The notes under the pieces were generated by a model. It searched no databases. It was not told the DNA's origin and saw nothing but the letters and a program-made list of their open reading frames with translations. A DNA stretch of 57,060 bases, the filler included, from Dugesia japonica (taxonomy: Eukaryota), in the NCBI GenBank assembly GCA_001938525.1. It is 4 parts of 4 records of this genome, joined end to end, with 100 filler letters (N's around TTAATTAATTAA, not from the genome) between each part and the next. Parts side by side here need not be neighbours in the genome. Positions count along the whole stretch, not along the records: positions 1 to 17,657 come from MQRL01646279.1; 3 more parts are not named here. One strand, given 5' to 3'. The translations under genes and the position numbers were made by a program. Positions 1 through 10,550 of this stretch are shown one piece after another (position 1 is the stretch's first letter; each line of letters starts with the position of its first letter).

Positions 1-614
1 AATTGACATTTTAAACTGTAAATGAAAGCTTTAATCATTGCAATATTTGATGAGTCAGAAAATTTTGAATTGGCTGGTATATAGCTCGGACCTTTATTAA
101 GTAAATTTATTTGCTTGTCGCTGAATGCATGTTCAGTAAGATTTTTGAAAGGAAAATCAGTTGTATAAGAGTTTTGATTAAGATTTGTTTTGATTTTCTC
201 CTAATTTTTAGATTTTTCATTAAGTATAATACTTATTTTCTTTTGTTTATTGAGATAACTTATTACTTTATATTTGTCAAATGTTTCTTGATCTACTTTA
301 TTAAGAGGAAAATGTAGAGGTTTTTTTTTTAATACAATCTTGACTGTATACTATAGTAAATTTTTTATCTTTATTATTAACCAAAATATTTATTTCTTCC
401 GATTCCTCTTTAAAGCCTTCATATTCGATTTAAGCTCCACTATATATCGGAAAAGTGTAATAGCAAAGGTAAAATCTAACAATGCTACTTCTCACCTGTC
501 TTCAAAAAAAATCGAATTTAGAAGCTCAACAATGAATTTACTAGCATTATTATCCGGGTGAATAAGAGGGCAGCTATTACTAGGTAAAAGTATATAGAAA
601 TTATTCAATGTCAT
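1..614 (-). pseudogene. Polinton minor capsid (penton) protein, degraded
   Basis: ATG at 614: MTLNNFYILLPSNSCPLIHPDNNASKFIVELLNSIFFEDR*EVALLDFTF matches the FYxxLPSNS..PxN..S.F....WEVAL penton N-terminus; stops downstream. Confidence 0.75.
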
Positions 615-1620
615 TATTAACTAACTGTGATACTAATATCCAAGTAGGTTTTTGATATCCATACCATTTTACATAATATTGTTTATTCATTTTTGTTCCT
701 TTTGATTTTATTATTTTTTCGATTCTATGTATGGTAAGGGTGGAATGACTTGTACTTCTTGCTCATAAACTTTTTCTTGTATGATATTATTCTCATAATC
801 TTTAATTACATTAACTGGATTTTGTTTAGTATTGATTTTCATTATTTGAAACACTTCATCGCTCCAATTACTATCAAAGTCTTTAATGAATGGAGATGCG
901 CTTATTTTTTAGATTCTAACATGGTCACCGACTTTATAATTTGGTTTCTTATTTGCTTTACTTTGATTGCGCGATAACCATAATTTTAGTTCATTGTTTG
1001 AACTTACATCAACCGGTCNTGCTCCATTTAAACCTTTATGGCTTGAATGATTATAACTATGAATCAATTTTGACAACTCATTTATCCAGGTTTCATTGCC
1101 AGTATTCACAAAATATTTTTTCAAAGCATCTATTAGTGTGCGATTAAACCGCTCTACATGTGCCGCTTTATACTGAGAGAATACAGTATAATGGTTTATT
1201 TTTAGATGTGATAAAGGAGTTTTGATTTTAGAGTTGTGAAATTCCTTACCTAAATCAGTTTGTAAATTATCAGGATGTCCATCTTTGAACATTGATTTAA
1301 TTGCCAGTTCCATATCATTTGTGGATTTCGATTTGACTGGAATAGCTCTTGCAAATCGACTGAATACATCAATACATGTCNNNNNNNNNNNNNNNNNNNN
1401 NNNNNNNNNNNNNNNNNNNNNNNNNNNNNNNNNNNNNNNNNNNNNNNNNNNNNNNNNNNNNNNNNNNNNNNNNNNNNNNNNNNNNNNNNNNNNNNNNNNN
1501 NNNNNNNNNNNNNNNNNNNNNNNNNNNNNNNNNNNTTTTTTGTCTTTGTTTTTGTTTTCTGAGCTGCTTTCATCAATTTTTTTACGCCACGAAAACCTGC
1601 GTCATTTTTAAAGTATAATA
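601..1620 (-). pseudogene. Polinton retroviral-like integrase with C-terminal chromodomain
   Basis: TCIDVFSRFARAIPVK, LQTDLGKEF, KAAHVERFNRTL (DDE), KPNYKVGDHVRI, chromodomain RIEKIIKSKG..KQYYVKWYGYQKPTW; frameshifts and an N gap. Confidence 0.9.
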
Positions 1621-1625
1621 TTTAC

Positions 1626-2179
1626 TTAGTTTTTTTTATACACAGTAATACCTTCAGGATTGAAAATATCAGTTCTCCCCCTCAGTTCATCTGGAAATTG
1701 TTGCGTAAAGTCGAGAAAAATATCACCATGTAGATTTATTGTTGCATCTTGAAAGGATTCAATAAGAAATTGCTTATTATTAGGGNACGCCTGTCTTGCT
1801 AGAAAATCAACAACTGTTTGATCTCTTGGATTTTTAAATAGAACCAAGTTATGTACATTTAAATTACATGTCATGTGATTTCCTCCTTGATGGAATAAAT
1901 TTTGTGGTATGAATATCACAGTCAAATTACAATGTCTGGATATTTTTGTAAATAAATTAAAGTGTTTTTCTTTGTTTGCCTCCTGATACAGATTATCTAC
2001 TACAATAACATCGCCCGGCTTCAATCTCTTGCTCAAATTTTTATCCAATCCATTAATAATTTTCATTTTAATGTTAGAAAATTCTGATTGTGTTAACCCA
2101 TGCTATCTTCATATGCACCTCTGTGCCAATATATTTTGTTAAATTTTTATTTAAATAAATTTGATTTTAGTAACTTGCA
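1626..2179 (-). pseudogene. Polinton A32/FtsK-like packaging ATPase (Walker A in N gap)
   Basis: Walker B VIVVDNL, then FTKISRHCNLTVIFIPQNLF and LVLFKNPRDQ..LARQ, typical of Maverick ATPases. Confidence 0.9.
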
Positions 2180-2379
2180 NNNNNNNNNNNNNNNNNNNNN
2201 NNNNNNNNNNNNNNNNNNNNNNNNNNNNNNNNNNNNNNNNNNNNNNNNNNNNNNNNNNNNNNNNNNNNNNNNNNNNNNNNNNNNNNNNNNNNNNNNNNNN
2301 NNNNNNNNNNNNNNNNNNNNNNNNNNNNNNNNNNNNNNNNNNNNNTATATACACTCTTATATATTAATGATCATTAATA

Positions 2380-2815
2380 ATGTTGGTTAATATTAATTAC
2401 AAAGGTAAAGTATCGCAAGGTGTAACAAGCAAAATGAAGTTTTCTATCGGTAAACCTACTCAATTTGATGACGAAAGTGGGAAATATACGTTAATATTCT
2501 TTAAATCAGGAAATTATCGAATAATGGGATGTAAAAAACCGTTGGAAATGGAAAAATTATATTAAGGATATTCGTTTGCAATCATTAACAATTGTAATAA
2601 ATTTGGGAAAAGTTATTAATTTGCATAAATTAGCAAAAGTGACAAAATGTTGGTTTGAACCAGATTTGTTCCCTGCATTACGACTTACAATGTATGATCC
2701 TGTATGTGTTAACGTATTTTCATCAGAACAAATTGCAATACTCTGTATAAAGACACCACACTATTAAGGATATGTAGATAATATAATTTCTGATTTATAT
2801 AATTTAATTGTTTAA
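2380..2815 (+). pseudogene. TATA-binding-protein-like gene (one frameshift, one stop)
   Basis: Repeat 1 LVNINYKG...KYTLIFFKSGNYRIMGCK; repeat 2 LQSLTIVINLGKVINLHKLAK..CWFEPDLFPALRLTMYDPVCVNVFSSEQIAILCIK resembles TBP YEPELFPGLIYRM..PK.VLLIF.SGK.V.TGAK. Confidence 0.8.
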
Positions 2816-2973
2816 TTTTGCAACATGAATGCACAATAATGCAATATGAATGCAAGTATAACAAGGCATTTCCATGTTTGATAATGGCATGTTTTTCATT
2901 GGTCTATTTGTGTTAAACAGAAAATTGTAAATAACACATTACATTTGTCACCTTAATCAGTTGTTATTTAAAA

Positions 2974-3264
2974 ATGAATCCAATTCAAGTAGAACCCCTT
3001 AGAAAGATTTGCATCGAATCGGCGGAGTCAGATGGCCAGAAAGATCTGATTCATGAAAAGAGTAAAATTTTATTTTATTTTTATTCATAATTTTCATTTC
3101 TAGATATTATTGCACTGATTCTTTTTAGAAAGAAACTAGTTTTGGCAAAAGAAGAATTACAATTCGTGTTATCGAAATTCTACAAGGANATTTACCAACA
3201 CCTTGCTTGTGAGTGTTATAGGTGTAGGTATTCTCTCCTTGAGAAGATAATCCTCGATATGTAA
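2974..3264 (+). CDS. 82-aa two-exon hypothetical protein with BC-box-like and HxxCxCxxC motifs
   Basis: Exons 2974-3061 and 3104-3264 joined by a 42-nt GT-AG intron give an open frame; TCAGTT Inr-like site upstream, AATAAA just downstream. Confidence 0.5.
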
Positions 3265-3606
3265 ATTTTAATAAATTTTAGTGAGTAAAAATTGTTTTTT
3301 TTACTTACTTTGTTTATTATTATTATTTAATTAAGTTTTAATTGTAATAAAGGTTTTTTAATGAAAAATTTATTTGTTCAAAGTTTTATTTAATTTGGAA
3401 ATTATTATTTGAAAGTTACTTTTATTNTTTGTTATTTACTTAATTTTTGATTATTAATACTTGTTTTTATAAATAGTTAATAAATTATTATACTTATTTA
3501 ACAGAGTTTTTTTATTATTTATAAATAAGTTTCTATATGATTAATTTGTTTGCTAAATATTACTTTAAGAGTTAATAAAAGAGACAAATAAATAATAATA
3601 ACAAAT

Positions 3607-3946
3607 TTACAAAATGTCTCGAATTTTCCAAATTGGAGAGTTAACTTTTCTATTAATTAAGTTAAGATTCTTTCCATTTTTCTTGATTCCTTGTATTTCC
3701 ATCTGGATCATATATTGTTTAGATTTTTCGAATACATTCGATTTTGCATCATTATAATTGATGAAAACTGTATCCTTTATTGTAATTGTTGGTTCTATTC
3801 TTTTGAATAATAAATTCAAAGTATTCATGTCTTTCGAAACAATATCGGATATCACCAAACTATAGGTAGATGGTTGTATCTTCACAGGTTCCTAAATGAA
3901 AATATTAAATAATAAAATAAAATAAATACAATTACTTGAAACATAT
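3607..3946 (-). CDS. Spliced hypothetical Polinton-linked protein (family shared with 38802-39199); 5' part in gap
   Basis: Intron 3892-3935; last exon EPVKIQPSTYSLVISDI...MIQMEIQGIKK...SPIWKI is open to the stop. Confidence 0.5.
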
Positions 3947-6110
3947 NNNNNNNNNNNNNNNNNNNNNNNNNNNNNNNNNNNNNNNNNNNNNNNNNNNNNN
4001 NNNNNNNNNNNNNNNNNNNNNNNNNNNNNNNNNNNNNNNNNNNNNNNNNNNNNNNNNNNNNNNNNNNNNNNNNNNNNNNNNNNNNNNNNNNNNNNNNNNN
4101 NNNNNNNNNNNNNNNNNNNNNNNNNNNNNNNNNNNNNNNNNNNNNNNNNNNNNNNNNAAATTGTGTTACTTTGATTATTATCATGTTTTGATTGGTTTTT
4201 CTTTGTTTAAACAATATAAGTGCAATACAAAAAAAATTTGTAAAATAAAAAAAATTTTAAAAAAAAATTTAAAAAACAAAAATTTCAATTATGTTAATTT
4301 AAATCATTAAAGTTAATACTTGATGAAATAAATTAGGTTTTGTGGTGAAAGAATGTTAAAACTCAGATATTTTCGCTCAGATCCCTGTGCGCAGATGACA
4401 GNTTTCGACTCAAATTTGGTACTATTAAACAATGATTTACTACAACATGTGGAAAAAATTGCTTATTGTTGTTAAAATATCAACACTATAGTTGAAAATG
4501 TACATTGATGTATTGATATTGTTTGACAAAAATTTATTTAAAAAATTTGTCTTGTTTTTATTTGTTAATAATTAATAATATATGTTAAATAAAGACTAAG
4601 ATTCTAACATATAACAAGATTTGACCTTATTTTTGGATATTTTTTGACATAAAATAATGATACACACAGGCCCATAATAATAGATACAAAAAAGAGTATA
4701 GATAAGAAAGTAAAATGTGGGTACTAGCAAAGAAATGAAAGTTAAAATTATGATACATGCGTACATAAAATATAGATAACAAAGATAAGAGAATAGAAAA
4801 ATAGATAAGAAAGTTACAATTATGATACACACACAAATAGATAAGAATGGTAAATGTATGTAACATCAAAGAAATAAATTCCAATACACACTCAGATACT
4901 TCGTGTTCTTTTGTTATAGTTCTGTGCGTTTATCTCTTTATATTTTATTTATTTAATTAATTATGTTTTCTCCTTGAATATTAGTTCATTTTATTTTCTG
5001 TTCAATATTCATTTTTCATTAATTCTTTTCTTTTTTTGAGCAATATACTATTTTTATTACTTTTGCCTTGTATGTCCAATACTTTTAATATTAATTATTT
5101 CTTTTATTCATTTCGGGCAAATTTTTATTATTTGTTTCTCTTATTTTTCTGATTATACTTAGGAACTAAATTTCCTTGAATATTTGCTTCTTTATAATTC
5201 CTTTATTTATTAATTTATTCATCGTTTCTTTAAGTTTGTGGCTGTTTCAGCTCAACCGAATCAAATTAGAGATACTTTTTATTTTTCGACAAATCTATGT
5301 AAAATATTGAAAAAACCAAAAATGACGTCAGTGAAATTCTCAACAGATTGGTATCAAAGTTTTAGACATTTGAGCATGTGAATGATTTTGAAATTATTTT
5401 AAAATAATTAAATATTTAAACAAAATGGACTTTTCTACCGGATTTCCGTGAAAATTAATTAAAAATTATTAAATTTAGTAAATATCAAGAAAAATCATTA
5501 ACTACACTTTATTTAAACAAAAATTAAATTCACAGTGGATTACATAATAAATTGTGTTATTGTTTTTATCGCTCCTACCATAAAAAATTCCTGTATCCGT
5601 CGCTGCATGCGGGTCATATCAATCACAACATACGGGTCAAATCAATCTGAAATACATTTGGGTTATATCAATCATAACTCATATTTTGGTCATTTAAATT
5701 TTCCATATTTAATCTAACAATTGGGATTTTTCATTTTTTTATTTAAGTTGTAGATCTAGATATTAGTAAGTTCATTAGCAGCAAAATACTTTATGTTGAT
5801 GATATATGTAGATTAAAACATAAAACAACTCATGGTAAGTTAATGTATTTTAATTTATAAATTAAAATATGTATTGGAGAATTTGAAAACAATGGAATCA
5901 ATGTAGATATAAAAGAGATTGGGAATTCCAAGGAATTTCGAAAAAATGAAGAAATACAGAGTCCACGACAGATGTCAACTGATCAAGTTATTTGTTATAA
6001 CAGAAACATTATTAAAAGTTTACGTTTTGATATTTTTAAATAAACGATTTTGTTACTTGCGAACAAGCATTTCTACATCATCATATAGATCAAATTTTCA
6101 TCAATTAATA

Positions 6111-6297
6111 ATTGCCATAGTAATGAGACTTTTTTATAAAAATTGCAACAGTAATGAGAAAATTTATTATAAATTGCAACACTAATGATAATTTTTATTA
6201 AAAGTTGCAACACTAATGGGATTTTTTATTATAAATTTCAACACTAATGATACTTTTTATTAAAAATTACAACAGTAATGAGACCTTTTATTTAAAA
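6111..6297. repeat. 31-bp minisatellite, ~6 copies, runs into gap
   Basis: Unit ~ATTGCAACA(C/G)TAATGANANTTTTTATTAAAA. Confidence 0.85.
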
Positions 6298-6477
6298 TNN
6301 NNNNNNNNNNNNNNNNNNNNNNNNNNNNNNNNNNNNNNNNNNNNNNNNNNNNNNNNNNNNNNNNTAATTAAAATTTGATAACTAATATGCTTGTTTTATA
6401 GAAAATTACCTAGTTAAGGTTTTTTTTGAAAAAAGTTCAATGTTTTTATCATCTTGTAAAGAAAAGTTCTATGTTTA

Positions 6478-6755
6478 ATGGTTGCTATGTAACTATTCAA
6501 ATAATATACTCATAGATCTTTTAATACATGGTTACTATGTATAACACACTCATAATTTTTATAAAATATGGTTTTTACGTAAATAATACAAAGTAACTAT
6601 GCAAATAATATCCCCATAGGTCCTATAATACATGGTTACTATGTTTTAATACACTCATTATTCTTATAATAGTTAGTAAGTTAGTAAATAATACAAGGTA
6701 ACTATGTAATAAAACACTCATAATTCTTATAATGGATAGTTGCTATGTAAATAAT
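6478..6755. repeat. Compound degenerate tandem repeat (~20/40-bp subunits)
   Basis: Recurrent GGTTACTATGT...ACACTCATAATTCTTATAAT and GTAAATAATACAA. Confidence 0.7.
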
Positions 6756-7167
6756 AAAAATAAATGTAATTACTAGTCAAGTCAAATATGCTATCAGTCA
6801 GCACGAATTTGATGAAGATAAATATGATCACATGGAATTAGTTTTAACAAAAAACAACTCTATGACATCAAATGTAGCTAAAATATTAGTTAATGTAAAT
6901 TGGATAAAATGTATCAAGTCAGATGATTTCCAAGGAGAAAGTGATGACGTATCAAAACCAGACACAAAAATAGAAAACGTTTAATGCAATTAATTAATTT
7001 TAAATAACTTAATATCTAAAATCTATGAAAATTAAGAAAGTTAATGGAAATTCAACAAATCTTAATAAATTCAGTCTATATTTTAATCGTGGGTTCATAT
7101 ATTTTAATGAAATTACTTATAGACATAGTAATATTTTTAGTAAACCTATATGAATTTTATAAAATCT

Positions 7168-8366
7168 GGTTATCCAAATAAACATTTTGACTTAAAAAAC
7201 TACAAACTAATGTCTCAATTGATACGTAGGTAGTTATAATTTACACATGGCTGGCANCAATTTGTATATAGTTTACTATATTTTACACATAGGTGTTGAC
7301 AATTTGCTTATAGATGATAAAAATTTAATCATAGGTTATTGTAATTAGTACATAGGTGGTGATAACTTGCTAGTATGTGACTACAATTTATTCATGACTT
7401 AATAAAATTTGTATATAAATGATTAGTCTTGATGCATATTCAATTGATAAGTTAGTAAGAAGTCAAATAATTTACTTGAACAATTTGATTCTATCTGGTA
7501 CTATGTGTGATATTAATTGACTTTCCTATATTACACTGGGTTTACGGTAACACATGGGCTTTAATGAATTAATTGATTATATTGATTAACTTGAACAATT
7601 AAATTAAGATAAATGAAAGCATTGAATACAATATGTAAGTCAAATGCTAAAAAGGCATTGACTGTCTAGGTTTAATAGATGTATCAGATACATTAAATGT
7701 AGTAGGTTTATTGAATGTACTGGGTTAATTAACGTATCGGGTTTAATGATTTATATTGGTCTAGATATAAGATATACAAGTGTTATCAAATTTTCCTTTG
7801 TGATATTAAACAATTTTTAATAGACTTTACTTGTATATTCGAATAAAAATTTTTGAAAATTTGAAAAAGAATACATTTATTGCAAACAATGAATTTAAAC
7901 AAGACATATTTAAGATTCTAATACAGTTAATTACTAATTTTAATTAAAATTAATTTAAATCTACTAAATAAAACGTGTGCATATAAAATGATTACATATA
8001 TGTTTTCTAATTAATTTGATGCGATTAAACACACATAAAATGCATTAATATTAGTATAATAATCGTCAAACTTTACCCTTATTGAAATAAATCCAAAAAC
8101 AAGTACTTTATAAAAACACTTTTCTAGTAATATTAAATGATGGATGATTCCGAACAGTATTTATGTTAAAATTAGTTGGTCACGGTCAAAAATAATATCC
8201 AATCAGGTATACTTTTTGACAGGTTTTAATTATTGTATGTAATAATTTACTTTTAATGGATTTTTTTCACACCTCGCTAGTCTTTAGTTATCAAAGCTCT
8301 GAACTTTGTATCAATTGAGACATTAGTTTATAGTTTTTTAAGTCAACATGTTTATTTGGATAACCA
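7168..8366. mobile_element. ~1.2-kb non-autonomous element with 59-bp terminal inverted repeats
   Basis: 7168-7226 is the reverse complement of 8308-8366 with about 2 mismatches; no coding capacity; TSD unclear. Confidence 0.75.
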
Positions 8367-8707
8367 ATAAATAATTCTACCCAAACAGACCAACCCGAGG
8401 GTTTGCTAAAAAACAAAGAAAATTGACCCTTGTGAGTAAATAATCAACCAAGTTTACCCATAAAAAGTAAATTATTGACCTTAATTATTCAAATAATTCG
8501 GTAAGCTATTCAAAAATACGAGCAAGAGTTAAGTAATACATACACATGTGTTTCGCTGTATAAAACCCGATAATATGAAGAACAGTTACGCAATACACAC
8601 TAATGTGTGTCTTTTTTGCATTGGAGAAGTTATGTAATCATTTTTTACACACATTGGGTTTCTGAATGTTTGCCGTTCTGGACTGTCATTTCCGATCTAC
8701 TTTTTAC

Positions 8708-8755
<48 letters not shown>
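8708..8755. repeat. (ATT)n microsatellite
   Basis: Direct reading. Confidence 0.95.
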
Positions 8756-8756
<1 letters not shown>

Positions 8757-8887
8757 TATTTTTTTATTGAAAAATAAAACTAATACCAATAATACTATTA
8801 TTCATATATTATTATTATTATAATTATAATGACTTAATAAACTTAAATAAATAATATATTCATTATATAAACATAAATTACACATAA

Positions 8888-10003
8888 TTATTCATCAATA
8901 ATATTCACAGTATGTTTACGTGATCGTGGCACAATCATTGTGCTGTATGCATCAATAAATTGTCTTTCATCAGTACTTTGTGATTTCCAGCATTTTATCA
9001 GTTTGAGTAAAACTAATTTAGAATTTCGTCTAAATGTAACAGAGCTTAAGAAATATAAAATAAAATTTACACCATTATTGCATGAAGTTAACATTACAAA
9101 CATCGATCCTACACTGAATACAGATACTACAAAATTTTGATCTTTATTATTCTTCCACTCTAATTTTGCTTCTAAAATTGAAAAAACGCATAACGGCATA
9201 GATGTTGCAAGATGGAAAATTGTTACTGGAATTAATAATCGATTGGCAAGATTTGTTTTTTTATTTCCTTGTTTTTTTGAATGGCATGTTTCATCGGTGC
9301 ACTGAGACTTTATAATTGGACTTCCTTTAACTGATTGAGATGTGGAATTCATTTGACAAGCTTTCGTTCGATAAGCTTTAGCGTTTCTAATAACTTTCAG
9401 AATACCCAAATTAAATATGAGAAGTAAAACTGAGGGAACAATGCTATAAATAATGATATCCCAATAGAAAAATCTATGTCTAAAAGCAACATCAGAAGTA
9501 TCACAGAGACAATAATGAGTAGTTGACGGCATTATTTCTAAATGCCATATTAGAGCACTATTTTTAGCAATTAATCCCGAAAACATTAATATCCATACTG
9601 CAACCTTTCTGTAACCCCTCCAAAACAATTTAGATTTGTATGGTGAACAAGCAACAAGAAATCTTTCAAACGTCAACATACATAAAATCCAAGTAGCAAC
9701 ATCGCGAGATGAATAACTAATGAATGTATGAAACTTACACATGCTGTTATTTGTTGTTCGAATCTCAAATTTGAAAATGAATCTTATCCAATACCTTAAA
9801 GGATTGATCCATAACGCTAATGTATCAGCAATCGCAAGAGCTGTAAACACATTTCTCGATTTACCCATTGTTCGAGTGAATCGAATAACTAAAAATGCGA
9901 TGAAATTTCCAAATGTTCCGATTACAATTAGAAGTGAATAAAAACATATAGAAAAATAACGAACGAAATCATTTTTACTTGATACATACAATGAACAGTT
10001 CAT
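8888..10003 (-). CDS. Intronless rhodopsin-like (class A) peptide GPCR, FMRFamide/myosuppressin-receptor-like orphan type
   Basis: 371 aa, seven hydrophobic segments, TM1 GN, TM2 LAIAD, ECL1 Cys (MCK), TM3 LTFERF, TM5 IVP..LL, TM7 NFILY, helix 8 FRR. Confidence 0.93.
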   Translation of the reverse strand: MNCSLYVSSKNDFVRYFSICFYSLLIVIGTFGNFIAFLVIRFTRTMGKSRNVFTALAIADTLALWINPLRYWIRFIFKFEIRTTNNSMCKFHTFISYSSRDVATWILCMLTFERFLVACSPYKSKLFWRGYRKVAVWILMFSGLIAKNSALIWHLEIMPSTTHYCLCDTSDVAFRHRFFYWDIIIYSIVPSVLLLIFNLGILKVIRNAKAYRTKACQMNSTSQSVKGSPIIKSQCTDETCHSKKQGNKKTNLANRLLIPVTIFHLATSMPLCVFSILEAKLEWKNNKDQNFVVSVFSVGSMFVMLTSCNNGVNFILYFLSSVTFRRNSKLVLLKLIKCWKSQSTDERQFIDAYSTMIVPRSRKHTVNIIDE

Positions 10004-10211
10004 TTTTAATATGAAATTTTATGAATTTACTTTTCACTTCTAACTTGATTTTCAATAATGCAATCATCCAAGTAAATTATTGATATCCAATAACATTTGA
10101 AATATAATTTTGTAAATTTTCAACCAATCAAATCTATTTATTTTTATAAGCATTTTTTACTAATTATTCAACTAGAAAAAATGTAAATTATTTTTATTAT
10201 TATTATTATTA

Positions 10212-10466
10212 TTTTACAGTTGCAATTATTGCGAGAATAATTGTTGAACATAACCATTGATCGTTTATCAGAATTCATTTAAAATAAAAGCATCGATCAA
10301 AATTGTTTTTTTATTTGGTGTTTGATAGCAATTCAATATTTTGACTTAATCTTCTCAAGGAATTGACTTTTCTATTCCTGAAGAAGTTTAAGTCGAAATA
10401 TCGAATTGCTATCAAACACTAAATAAAAAAAACAATTTTGATCGAAGCTTTTATTTTAAATGAATT
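10212..10466. mobile_element. Palindromic Penelope-like pLTR element with two inverted hammerhead motifs (copy 1)
   Basis: ~90-bp arms 10272-10362 and 10374-10466 plus a ~55-bp tail; homologous to 42610-42845; flanked by (ATT)n. Confidence 0.75.
10374..10408 (+). ncRNA. Minimal type I hammerhead ribozyme motif (core intact, weak stem II)
   Basis: ATTC-CTGAAGA-A-GTT TAA GTC-GAAA-TA-TC-GAAT. Confidence 0.55.
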
Positions 10467-10503
10467 ATTATTATAGTTATAATTATTATTATTATTATTA
10501 TTA

Positions 10504-10550
<47 letters not shown>
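10466..10550. repeat. (ATT)n microsatellite running into gap
   Basis: Direct reading. Confidence 0.95.

Larger units (their letters stand above)
1..3946. mobile_element. Polinton/Maverick remnant A (penton, integrase, ATPase on -; TBP-like and small accessory genes)
   Basis: Cluster of hallmark genes (minor capsid, rve integrase with chromodomain, A32/FtsK-like ATPase). Termini not visible; right boundary inferred. Confidence 0.9.
5748..6984 (+). other. Possible exons of an orphan spliced host gene
   Basis: Open AG/GT-bounded segments at ~5748-5834, ~5880-6017 and ~6777-6984 (QVKYAISQHEFDEDKYDHMELV...); no recognisable homology, phases not fully reconciled. Confidence 0.25.

Noticed and set aside
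2380-2815. Host TBP gene
   Set aside because: Too divergent and short, and duplicated in the same Polinton context; treated as element-borne.
4596-4884. Hydrophobic ORFs suggesting membrane proteins
   Set aside because: Low-complexity T-rich strand translation with no motifs; two overlapping frames look alike.
6111-6297. CRISPR-like regular repeat
   Set aside because: Units are contiguous with no unique spacers, there are no cas genes, and the context is eukaryotic; a minisatellite.
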